From Mobula hypostoma (Eukaryota), in the NCBI RefSeq assembly GCF_963921235.1, contig NC_086097.1, positions 188,916,001 to 188,980,000 of the forward strand: a stretch of DNA of 64,000 bases, written 5' to 3'. Numbering within the stretch: position 1 is the stretch's first letter; each line of letters starts with the position of its first letter. Made by a program: the position numbers and the translations under genes. Shown here piece by piece: positions 23,516-35,170 of this stretch. Below the pieces are notes generated by a model. The model worked only from the letters and a program-made list of their open reading frames with translations, ran no database searches and was not told where the DNA came from.

Positions 23516-26500
23516 AGTGGATTCCTTATCCACAGTTATTTTGATTTGAGATATTAATTGCAGTTTCTTTTTAAGCACTGGAGTGAAGAAATAAAGTTGA
23601 ATAGCCTTTTTAAGCCTGAGTACATACAACCCTTAATATGATTTAGAAGTTATTTGAAGGGTTACTGTTATATTTTGTATAATATGTTTGCTCAGTTGAT
23701 CTATATATCTTAGGTATGCATATGTAATTAATTTTCAAGCTTAAGCAGAACAGAAGTCAACTTGTTCTCATTGGCATGGAAGGCGGATTCACACAAAATT
23801 ACTGAATGTTGATATGATCATATTATGCATATTAATTATGTAATTCTTGATGCTTTTTTGTATTATCACATCAGCCAATATTCAACAGCACTGCAACCAT
23901 TAATGTAATCTCACAAATTAAATGGATTAATGATATTAGCAATATAATTTAAGATGCATATACATTGTAAAATGTTCTGTCGTGTTATTGCATACTAATT
24001 TCATATACAGAATGTGTTGTTTGTCAAAACTTTATCTGTTCCTTCAAAATATGCTGACAGTGTTTCTTATTCACACATGCTTATTCTCTTATTTTGATCA
24101 TTTGGAGTAATTTGTATAAAAAAGAAAATGCCTGAAACATTCAACAGTCAGGCAGCATCCATGGAAAGGGAAACAGTCTTAATGTTTCAAGTCAATAAAT
24201 CATTTTATATTTTGATCTGCCTTCATTATCTTCAGCAGTTTGAACGGGGTACGACTGCGCAAGTGCGTGGAGGTCGGCCAGCGAGAACAGCGGGAAGAGT
24301 TTAAAAGCGAGCAGAGTTGAAAAGGTGACAGTTATTTCTTCAGCAGTTTAAACGGGGCACGACTGCACAAGCGCGTGGAGGTCCGCCAGTGAGAACAGCG
24401 GGAAGAGTTTAAAAAGAAGACAGATTTACAGAGCGGGCATTGGGGGAGATGGTGTCAGTAGAGGGAGACAGAGTAGGAAAGCTTTGGTTCAATGGGGCTT
24501 CGGCGATAATGGGTTGAGGCAAGGTAGATTATCTGTTTAGAATACAGACAGAAAGAACGTGTGTGAGGCCAGTTTTGTGTGCTCGGTGTCAGATGTGGGA
24601 GGTCCTGGAGACTCCCAGCCTCCCGGACGGCCACATCTGCGCCAAGGTGTGTCGACCTGCAGCTCCTTGGGGACCGCGTTAGGGAACTGGAGATGCACCT
24701 CAATGACCTTCGCATGGTCAGGGAGAGTGAGGAGGTGATAGAGAGGAGCTATAGGCAGGTAGTCACACCGGGGCCTCAGGAGACAGATAAGTGGATAACA
24801 GTCAGGAGAGGGAAGGACAAGAGGCAGGTGCTAGAGAATACCCCAGTGGTTATCCCCCTTACCAATAAGCACTCCTGTTTGAGTACTGTTGGGGGAGATG
24901 GCTGACCTGGGGGAAGCAACAGTGGTCGCGCCTCTGGCACAGAGTCTGGCGCTGTGGCTCAGAAGGGTAGGGGAAGGAAGAGGATGGCAGCGGTGATAGG
25001 GGACTCTATAGTTAGGGGGTCAGACAGGCGATTCTGTGGACGCAGGAAAGAAACGCAGATGGTAGTTTGCCTCCCAGGTGCCAGAGTCCAGGATGTTTCT
25101 GATCGCATCCACAATATCTTGAAGTGGGAAGGAGAACAGCTGGAGGTCATGGTACATATTGGTACCAACAACATAGGTAGGAAAAGAGAGGAAGTCCTGA
25201 AAGCAGACTACAGGAAGTTAGGAAGGAAGTTGAGAAGCAGGACCTCAAAGGTAGTAATCTCGGGATTATTGCCTGTGCCACGTGACAGTGAGTATTGGCA
25301 TAGAATGAGGTGGAGGATAAATGCGTGGTTGAGGGATTGGAGCAGGGGGCAGGCACCCAGATTTCTGGATCATTGGGACCTCTTCTGGGGCAGGTGTCAC
25401 CTGTACAAAAAGGATGGGTTGCACTTGAATCCTGAGGGACCAATATCCTGGCGGGGAGGCTTGTAAAGGCTATTGGGGAGAGTTTAAACTATAATTGCTG
25501 GGGGGTCAGAACTGAACTGAAGTGACAGAGGAAAGGGAGTTTGGCTCACAAATAGAGAAAGCTTGGGGACAGTGCGAGAGGGAGGATGGCAGGTGATAGA
25601 GAAGGGACGCACTCAGACCGATGCTTTGCGATGTGTCTATTTTAACGTGAGGAGTATTATGAATAAAGTGGATGAACCTAGAGCGTGGGTCAGCACTTGG
25701 AGCTATGATGTATGATATTACAGAGACTTGGATGGTGCAGGGGCAGGACTGGCTACTTCAAGTGCCAGGCTTTAGAAGTTTCAGAAAGGACATAGAAGGA
25801 GGCAAAAGAGGTGGGGGCGTGGCACTGTTGATCAGAGATAGTGTCACGGCTGCAGAAAAGGAGGAAGTCATGGAAAGGTTGTTTACAGAGTCTGTGGGTG
25901 GAAGTTAGGAATAAGAAGGGGTCAATAACTCTACTGGGTGTTTTTTTATAGACCACCCAATAGTAACAGGAACATCGAGGAGCAGATAGGGAGACAGACT
26001 CTAGGAGTAATAATAATAATAGCAGGGTTGTTGTGGTGGGAGATTTTAATTTCCCAATTATTGATTGGCATCTCCCTAGAGCAAGGGGTTTAGATGGGGT
26101 GGAGTTTGTTAGGTGTGTTCAGGAGGGTTTCTTGACACAATATGTAGATAAGCCTACAAGAGGAGAGGCTGTACTTGATCTGGTATTGGGAAATGAACCT
26201 GGTCAGGTGTCAGATTTCTCAGTGGGAGAGCATTTTGGAGATAGTGATCACAATTCTATCTCCTTTACCATAGCATTGGAGAGGGATGGGAACAGACAAG
26301 TTAGGGAAATGTTTAATTAGAGTAAGGGGAAATATGAGGCTATCAGGCAGGAACTTGGAAGCATAAATTGGAAACAGATGTTCTCCGGGAAACGTACGGA
26401 AGAAATGTGGCAAATGTTCAGGGGATATTTGCATGGGGTTCTGCGTAGATACGTTCCAATGAGACAGAGAAAGAATAGTAGGGTACAGGAACCATGGTGT

Positions 26501-28404
26501 ACAAAGGCTGTTGTAAATCTAGTCAAGAAAAGAAGAGCTCACAAAAGGTTCAAATAACTAGGTAATGAAAGAGATCTAGAAGATTACAAGGTTAGCAGGA
26601 AGGAGTTTAAGAATGAAATTAGGAGAGCCAGACGGGGCCATGAGAAGGTCTTGGCGGTCAGGATTAAGGAAAACCCCAAGGAATTCTATAATTATGTGAA
26701 GAGCAAGAGGATAAGACGTGAAAGAATAGGACCAATCAAGTGTGTATGGAACCGGAGGATATGGCAGGGGTACATAATGAATACTTTACCTCAGTATTCA
26801 CTACGGAAAAGGATCTTGGCGATTGTAGGGATGACTTGCAGTGGACTGAAAAGCTTGAGCATGTAGATATTAAGGAAGAGGATGTGCTGGAGCTTTTGGA
26901 AAGCATCAAGTTGGATAAGTCTCCGGGACCGGATGGAATGTACCCCAGGCTATTGTGAGAAATGAGGAAGGAGATTGCTGAGCCTCTGGCGATGATCTTT
27001 GCATCATCAATGGGGATGGGAGAGGTTCCGGAGGATTGGAGGGTTGCAGATGTTGTTCCCTTATTCAAGAAAGTGAGTAGGGGTAGCTCAGTAAATTATA
27101 GACCAGTGAGTCTTACTTCAGTGGTTGGTAAATTGATGGAGAAGATCCTGAGATGCAGGATTTATGAACATTTGGAGAGGCATAATATAATTAGGAATAG
27201 TCAGCATGGCTTTGTGAAAGGCAGGTCATGCCTTACGAGCCTGATTGAATTTTTTGAGGATGAGACTAAACACTTTGAAGGTGGAGCTGTAGATGTAGTG
27301 AATATAGATTTTAGCAATGCATTTGATAAGGTAGTCCATGCAACGCTTATTGAGAAAGTAAGGAGGCATAGGATGCAAGGAGACATTGCTTTGTGGATCT
27401 GGAACTGGCTTGCCCACAGAAGGCAAAGAGTGGTTCTAGCTGGGTCATATTCTGCATGGAGGCTGGTGACCAGTGGTGTGCCTCGGGGATCTGTTTCGGC
27501 ACCCTTACCCTTCGTGATTTTTATAAATGACCTGGATGAGGAAATGGAAGGATGGGTTAGTAAATTTGCTGATGACAAAGGTTGGAGGTATTGTGGATAG
27601 TGTGGAGGGCTGTCAGAGTTTACAGTGGGATATTGATAGGATGCAAAACTGGGCTGAGAAGTGGCAGATGGAGTTCAACCCAGATAAGTGTGAGGTGGTA
27701 CATTTTGGTAGGTCAAATATGATGGAAGAACATAGCATTAATGGTAAGACTCTTGGCAGTGTGGAGGATCAGCGGGATCTTGGGATCAGAGTCCATAGGA
27801 CACTCAAAGCAGTTGCGCAGGTTGACTCTATGGTTAAGAAGGCATACAGTGTATTGGCCTTCATCAATCGTGAGTTTAAGAGCCGAGAGATAATGTTGCA
27901 GCTTCATAGGACCCTGGTCAGACCCCACTTAGAGTACTGTGCTCAATTCTGGTTGCCTCACTACAGGAAGGATGTGGAAACCATAGAAAGGGTGCAGAGG
28001 AGATTTACAAGGATGTTGCCTGGATTGGGGAGCATGCCTTATGAGAATAGGTTGAGTGAACTTGGCTTTTTCCTCCTTGGAGCGATGGAGGATGAGAGGT
28101 GACCTGATAGAGGTGAACAAGATAATGAGAGGCATTGATCGTGTGGATAGTCAGAGGCTTTTTCCCAGGGCTGAAATGGCTAGCACGAGAGGGCAAAGTT
28201 TTAAGGTGCTTGGAAGTAGGTTCAGAGGAGATGTCAGGGGTAAGTTTTTTTTTACACAAAGAGTGCTGAGTGCGTGGAATGGGCTGCCGGTGGCAGTGGT
28301 GGAGGCGGAAACGATAGGGTCTTTTAAGAGACTCCTGGATGGATACATGGAGCTTAGAAAAACAGAGGGCTATGGGTAAACCTAGGTAGTTCTTAGGTAA
28401 GGAC

Positions 28405-28550
28405 GCAAACACGAGGAAATCTGCAGATGCTGGAATTTCAAGCAACACACATAAAAGTTGCTGGAAAATGCAGTCGGCCAGGCAGTTTTTCTAGGAAGAG
28501 GTCAGTTAGTCCTGACGAAGGGTCTCGGCCCAAAACGTCAACTGTACCTC
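28405..28550. mobile_element. Short Penelope-like terminal-repeat insertion in the CR1 3' UTR
   Basis: 15-bp TSD TTCTTAGGTAAGGAC (28390-404, 28551-65); antisense 3' end joined to a sense hammerhead-like segment; homologous to the end of the GIY-YIG element at 49562. Confidence 0.85.
28508..28543 (+). ncRNA. Minimal hammerhead ribozyme-like motif, mutated
   Basis: AGTC-CTGACGA-A-GGG TCTCGG CCC-AAAAC-GTC-AACT; G12 and the first stem I G are both A, consistent with CpG decay. Confidence 0.55.
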
Positions 28551-29639
28551 TTCTTAGGTAAGGACATGTTCGCAAAGCTTTGTGGGCCAAAGGGCCTGTA
28601 TTGTCCTGTAGGTTTTCTGTGTTTCTATGTTTCATTTGACACTTTGATTTGCAGCAATAGGTAAAGACACAAATTTGTCCTCTCCTCCATTCTACACAAT
28701 CTTTTGTTTCTGCTATTAAATTACCATAAGGCAGACTTATAGCTCTTTTTTAAAATTTAGTTTGCTTTTTGACCAGTGTGCAGAGAGCTTGCTTACTGAC
28801 GTAATTAATTGATTCCATCTTGGCAGCAGCGGAGTGTAAATTCAAGCAAAATTTTAAATAAATTGGAACAAAAAGAAAATGTCAATAATGGGATCTGTAT
28901 GAAGTGGGGGCAAAAATCTGTAATCATTATTTAGTGTAGCCTACATGTGACTTCAAACCTGCAGCAATGAGTTGAGTTTAAACCTGTAATAGCCTGGGAG
29001 GCTATGCAATTCGGGATAATTTAGGAAAAGGTAATAATGCTCTTGCCTGTTATAATCACATCCTTTGAACAGATGAATCATAATAAAAACTGCTGTTGTG
29101 AACAGCTAATTTAAGACTTTTCTACTGGGAGATCTTCAGCGACATTCACCATTGTCAGGACTGACATCATTCACCATAATTTGAGAATGATTGACAAGTT
29201 GACCCCAGCCACTCTTTCAAAGTTTAGTATCAAAGTACCTCATAAACATTTCCTGCAGCCCCTGTGTAATCATTAACAACTGCTAACGCCATAAACATTG
29301 CATCCCAAATAACTTTGTAGCAGGAGAGTTTACTTAAAAGCTTGAATATTTAAGTACTTTATTGCATTTTATGCTTGCACCAGGCAGTTGTTACTTGTAA
29401 AGTTTTATTTGGTATAAGGTTAATCTAGCATTGAAAGAAATAGATAAGAAAATTTATTATACATCTCACTTCTGTCACATTGAGCTGTTGACTTTACTGG
29501 AGAAAAAAGTGAAATACACTAGAGATAGTTACTTGAAAGTAAATGATTCCACAAAGAGAAAGGTTGGGGACTGCTAAGTTTTAGGGCTTCATAGATGACA
29601 ATGTGCATAAAGGCAAAACAAAGCTTCTGAGACATTGAC

Positions 29640-30160
29640 AGCACCACCCTTTACACATTCTACCAGTCTGTTGTTGCCAGTACAATCTTCTATGTGGTGG
29701 TGTGCTGGGGCAATGGTATCAACGTGGGTGACGCCAACAGGCTCAATAATCTGATTAGAAAGTCTGGCTCTGTTATAGAAGTCAAACTGGACACACTGGA
29801 GGCTGTGGTAGAACAAAGGACCCTACAGAAAATCCTGGCAATTCTGGACAATGTTTCTCACCCTTTTCATGCCATCTTGGCTGAACAGAGGAGCACTTTT
29901 AGTAATAGACTAAGACAACTGTGCTGATCCAAAGAGCGCTATATAAGGTCATTCTTACCCTCAGCCTTCAGGCTCTATAATGAGTTAACCTATAGCCAGG
30001 GAAGTGATCATGTAAACTTTCACTTATAAATCTTGTACATCTTATTTTTAAGGTAACTTTCTTACCTCTCTTCTAATATTTGTATATCTGTGCACTTGTA
30101 ATGCTACTGTGACACTGTAAATTCCTTTGAGATGAATAAGGTATCTATCTACAATATCTA
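29640..30160 (+). mobile_element. Rex1/Babar 3' fragment
   Basis: FYQSVVASTIFYVVVCWG...ILDNVSHPFH...SFLPSAFRLYN; ATCT tail. Confidence 0.8.
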
Positions 30161-30469
30161 TCTCAATACAATGGAAAGCCTGGAAGAATATACAAAATGA
30201 AACCAATTAAAATGTGTCAATAAAGAAGAACACTGAATATTACTTTACATTTCTTTATCAAAGTTATGAAGATATTAAATAAAGTTTGGGCTGAGAATGC
30301 TTATATCATTCAGTGATCTTGGATGGATGTAGGGATGAGGGAACATAGTGCGTGGCAACCATAGAGGGGTTTGAAAAACTACGGGTGGGTGGGGTGGGTG
30401 CCTGTTCTGCTTACCAGGTACTGACTGCAAAAGAAAAAGCAAGAAATCAGAAACATTGTGATGGTAGCC

Positions 30470-30840
30470 TAAAGTTCAAAGTAAATTTTATTATCAAAGT
30501 ACATACATGTCACCATATACAACTGTGAGGCTCATTTTTTGTGTGCATATGCATCAAACTAGAGAATAACAACTATAACAGAATTAATGTAAGACCACCA
30601 ACTAGTGCATTCAACTTGAGTGCAGAAGACAACAAGATGTGCAGTAACAAAAAGAAGGAACAATAATAATAATAAAAATAAGCAATAAGTATCAAGAACA
30701 TGAGATGAAGAGCCCTTGAAAGTGAGTCCACTGGTTGTGGGAACATTACAGTGATGGGGCAAGTGAAGTTGAGGGAAGTTATCCCTTTTGGTTCAAGAAT
30801 CTGATAATTGAGGGGTGGTAACTGTTCCTGAACCTGGTGG
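30470..30840 (-). mobile_element. Rex1/Babar 3' end
   Basis: Reverse of the ACTTTGAACTTT tail and of TRFRNSYHPSIIRFLN. Confidence 0.7.
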
Positions 30841-31059
30841 TTAGCTAGAAGACATGATCACAAATTATTGCAGCCTTCCTGGTTGACTAAGGAAATGGAA
30901 GAGAAAGTATTTTAGAGTCAAGGACAGAAAAACATCGCCAATTGCGATCATTACTGCATGAAAGAAAGTTGCAGTAGCTGTCAGTATATTGTTCTTAAAC
31001 CCCTGGTCATGATTAACAGACTTAACTGGTGCTTAAGACCATTGAGGTTACTACTATCA

Positions 31060-31195
31060 GTAAAAGGTGAAGGGTCTTGGCCCAAAACATCATCTATACA
31101 GTTTTCCATAGATGCTGCCTGGCCTGCTGCTTTCCTCCTGCATTGTGTGTGTTACTTGGATATCCAACATCTGCAGATTTTCTCTGGTTTGTGAT
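31060..31195 (+). mobile_element. Penelope-like terminal-repeat fragment
   Basis: TGAAGGGTCTTGGCCCAAAAC...GATGCTGCCTGGCCTGCTG...CATCTGCAGA. Confidence 0.7.
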
Positions 31196-32074
31196 GGGAC
31201 TAGTATTTGGTTGGTTCTGATACAATATCTTAAGCAAATAGCAAGGCTACTTTAATAGCTGTTTGAACTTGTTTTTTTTTGCTGCATGACCTTTTCTTGA
31301 TATATAGAATTCTTTGATACCAATGACCACAGACACTTCTGCTTCTACTTTTTTGCTAGATTGCAAACACCTAATGAATGTGTGGGCAGTGTTCAGTAAG
31401 AGTCCCTGTTCAAGGAATTAATCCCATAACAACTTATGTTGAGGTGTTTCCACCAACAGAAGCATCACAAACAAGCAGACATAGCTAAAATATAAAGGGT
31501 AAGTCATTTAAAATTACGTGCATAGAAATTTCTTCTCTCAGAGGATATGCATCTCTAGAATTTACTACCTCTGAGGTTAGTGGAATAGATATTATTAGAT
31601 ATACTTGAGGTGGAGTTAGGGATGTACTTGTAAGCTCAAGGAATTGAGGATGATTGGGAGCTGACAAAGATAGAAGTTAAGGCCAGCATCAATCAATCAT
31701 GATGATATCAAATGGCAGAACCAACTTGAGGGATCTGGTGGGCTTCTCTTGCTTCTATTTACTTGTGTTTTTTTAATTGTTTGAGATTGTGTATGTTTTT
31801 ATTGGATATTCCCCTTCCCCTGTGTCTTAAATTCAAATGGACAGGTGAAAGAATACATTGAAGGGAGGAAGAGATGCAAGAGATTGATTGAACCGATGCA
31901 TTACTCATTCAGGAGTCAACATGGACAAATAGTTTCCTTCTGTGTCATAATAAACAAACAATTTGAAGAGCGGGCTACATTGCGCAAGCTGCATTGTGGC
32001 AAGGAAACGCCGTATCGGCCCCGGGGATTTATCCACCCTAATTTGTCTCGAGACAAAGCAGCAGTGAGGTCATA

Positions 32075-33667
32075 CACCCTATACAGACTACAGCGGAGAG
32101 GTGCCTGCTGTGTGGAAGCAAATTAGGTGGATAAATCCACAGGGCCTGACAAGGTGTTCCCTAGAACCTTGTAGGATATAAGTGCAGAAATTGCAGGGAC
32201 TCTAGCAGAGATATTTAAGTCATCCTTAGTGACAAGTGAGGTACTGGAGAGTTGGCGGATAGCCAATGTTGTTTCGCTGTTTAAGAAAGGCTTTAAAAAT
32301 AAACCAGGAAACGATAGGCCGATAAGCCTGACATCAATATTGGGAAAGTTATTGGAAAGCATTCTAAGTCCAAATATATTAATATTTGGATAGACATGGA
32401 ACGATTAGGGATGGTCAGCATGGCTTAGTATGTGGTAGGTCACGTCCAACCAATCTTACAGAGTTCTTTGAGGAAGTTACTAGGGAAGTGGATGAAGACA
32501 AGGCAGTGGATATTGTCTACATGGACATTAGTAAGGCATTTGTCAAGGTCCCGCATGGGAGGTTGGTCAAGAAGGTTCAGTTGCTCAGCATTCAAGATGA
32601 AGTTGTAAATTGGCTTTGTGGGAGAAGCCAGAAAGTGGCTTTCAGAAGCCAGACGGTTGCCTCTCTGACTGGAGGCCTGTGACTAGTGGAGTGCTGCAAT
32701 GATCAGTGCTGGGTCTATTGTTGATCAATGATCTGGATGATAATGTGGTTAACTGGATCAGCAAATTTGCAGACAACACCAAGATTAAGGGTGTAGTGGA
32801 CAGCGAGGAAGACTATCAGAGCTTGCATTGGGATCTGGATCAGATGGAAAAATGAACTGAAAGATAGCAGATGGAATTTAATGTAGACAAGTGAACAGTG
32901 TTGCACTTTGGTTGGACTAATCAGAGTAGGTCTTACACAGCGAATGGCAGGACACTGAGGAATGCTGTCGAACAAAGGGATCTAGAATTCAGGTTCATAA
33001 TTCATTGAAAGTGGCATCACATGTAGATAGGGTTGTTAAAAAACGCTTTTGATACATTAGCCTTCATAAATCAAAGTATTGAATACAGGAGATAGGAAGT
33101 TGAGTTGAAGTTGTACAAGATGTTGGTGAAGCCTATTGTGTGCTGTTTTGGTCATCTACCTACAGGAAAGATGTAAATAAGGTTGAATGAGTACAGAGAA
33201 AATTTACAAGAATGTTACTGGTACTGGAGAACCCGAATTATAAGGAAAGATTGAATAGGTTAGGATTTTATTCCTTTGAACGTAGAAGATTGAGGGGAGA
33301 TTTGATAGAGGTGTGCAAAATTATGAGGGGTATAGAAAGGGTAAATGCAAGCAGGCTTTTTTCCACTGAGGTTGAATGGGGCTATAACTAGAAGTCATGG
33401 GTTAAGGGTGAAAAGTGAGAAGATTAAGGGGAACATGAGGGGAAACCTCTTCACTCAGCAGGTTGTGAGAGTGTGGAATGAGCTGCCATGCAAGCTCAAC
33501 TTCAACATTTATGCAAAGTTTGGATAGGTATCTGGCTGGTAGGGGTATGGAGGGCTCTGGTCCCAGTGCAAGTTGATGAGAGTATGCAGTTTAAATGGTT
33601 AGTCACAGACTAGAGATTTGAATGGTCTGTTTCTGTGCCTGTACTTTTCTATCACTCTATGACTCTA
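32075..33667 (+). mobile_element. 5'-truncated decayed CR1
   Basis: DKSTGPD, QHG, TNLTEFFEEVT, KFADNTK; tail CTATCACTCTATGACTCTA. Confidence 0.9.
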
Positions 33668-33674
33668 GAAGTTT

Positions 33675-33945
33675 CATTTGAGATGCTAAACCCAAAAAGT
33701 CATCCAATCCTTTAGTTATAAAAAAACCTCACAACACTACTTTGAAGAAGAGTTGCAGAGCTTTCTCTTGCCCCTCGCCTTTAGTCTTCACCACCGAAAC
33801 AGATGAATTTTTTGTTATCATAGAGATGACTGTGGGACTTGACTATTATCAGAATTGGCTGCCACATTTCCATGGTTGCAGATGGCTGATAAATTGTTAG
33901 GGGTGTCCTTGGTTTATGAAAACCACGCTCCAAATGTGAGTTGTT
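33675..33945 (+). mobile_element. Degenerate DeuSINE (SacSINE1/AmnSINE1-like) remnant
   Basis: Ordered blocks CACTACTTTGAAGAAGAG, AAACAGAT, TGTGGGACTTG, AATTGGCTGCCACATTTCC resemble the Deu domain and tail as I recall them. Confidence 0.55.
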
Positions 33946-34197
33946 AATTGATCTCAGTTGAAGATGTTGTTGTGAAACATTCTCAATTGCTCAACAGATG
34001 GCACCAGAGACCCCTTTAACAAAAAGCCTGTTTGACAACAGCAAATGAGAGAGAAGAAAATCAAAAAGCACAGTGAAAGCAACTATGCATTCACAATTGA
34101 CTTGCAACACCATAAGGGTTGTCAGTTAATTCTTAATGCCTCTAGTGTTATGTGGTTGATGCTTTCTTTCTTGTCTAAGCTATTTACTCCCTCTTGT

Positions 34198-34366
34198 AAA
34201 CAACAGGAATTCTGCAGATGCTGGAAATTCAAGCAACACACATCAAAGTTGCTGGTGAACGCAGCAGGCCAGGCAGCATCTCTAGGAAGAGGTACAGTTG
34301 ACGTTTCAGGCCGAGACCCTTCGTCAGGACGAAGGGTCTCGGCCTGAAACATCGACTGTACCTCTT
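34198..34366 (-). mobile_element. Short Penelope-like insertion ending in a 39-bp fold-back
   Basis: TSD (TT)ACTCCCTCTTGT (34184-97, 34365-78); arms 34287-34325 and 34328-34366. Confidence 0.88.
34296..34330 (-). ncRNA. Minimal hammerhead ribozyme-like motif with intact core
   Basis: Minus strand GTC-CTGACGA-A-GGG TCTCGG CCT-GAAAC-GTC-AACT; CUGANGA, GAAA and GUC are present; stem I has a mismatch. Confidence 0.6.
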
Positions 34367-34881
34367 ACTCCCTCTTGTTCTTGCTTTTGATGTTAAGAAA
34401 CTGTTTTTAGAGTGGAAAATAATACATAACTATAATTTTCAATAACAATCCTGAAAAGAGCAGAGCTGACTAAAGGGTGAAAGGAAATACTAACTTGGAG
34501 GGGAATTCTAATGCATATTTTGGATGCTGTACTGAGGAAAATAGAAGATTATAAGGGCCTATGACTGCATGCAATGCCAAATTATATATAGGTGCTTCAA
34601 TTATATGGTTCAGATAAACATGGAGATTATTGAGCATGAGCAAGGACACAAAACAGCATACAACACATTTTAACAAAAATAAATCAGAAAATCTGGTCAG
34701 AACTTCTGTTCATTTTCCTGAAACTTAATGTTTCTCTCCCCAGTGCTGTATGACATGCTGTGTATTTTTTCAATTTAAAAAAAAATTCAGATTTTTCCCA
34801 TATGTAATATTTTGCTTTTGAATTACAAGCTTTGGCAGCAATTATGTAAAATATAATGTATAGCTATCTCAAAACTTGAGT

Positions 34882-35170
34882 GGCCTAGGTTCAACCCTGA
34901 GCCAAGGTGCATCTGTGCAGAGTTTGCGTGTTTTCCCCACGACTGCTGAATTTCTGGTGAGTCCCCTGGTTTGTGCTGGTGGGTTAATTGGCTGTTGTGA
35001 ATTAGCCCCTTGGAAAAGGTAACTGAGAAAAGGAAATAAATGACAATTGATGGGCATGTGAGAGAGAGTATCTTGTGAGACTACAGGGAAATAAAGAGAG
35101 AGTGAATACCTGGATGGGATGGCTTCTCTGTGAGGTAACATCACCTGATGGGCCAAATAGTAAGTCATTT
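34882..35170 (+). mobile_element. Degenerate V-SINE-like fragment
   Basis: GGTTCAACCC...TCTGTGCAGAGTTTGCGTGTTTTCCCC...TTAATTGGC...GATGGGCCAAAT. Confidence 0.55.

Larger units (their letters stand above)
24229..28632 (+). mobile_element. Full-length CR1 LINE, inactivated
   Basis: 5' UTR with tandem units; ORF1 Cys motif, coiled coil and SGNH esterase (VIGDSIVRG, HIGTN, DGLHL); ORF2 APE (ITETW, GDFN, SDH) and RT (KSPGPDG, QHGF, FADD); tail TTCTGTGTTTCTATGTTTC. Confidence 0.95.

Noticed and set aside
24954..25466. Stand-alone SGNH/GDSL esterase gene
   Set aside because: It is the known esterase domain of CR1 ORF1, inside a complete CR1.
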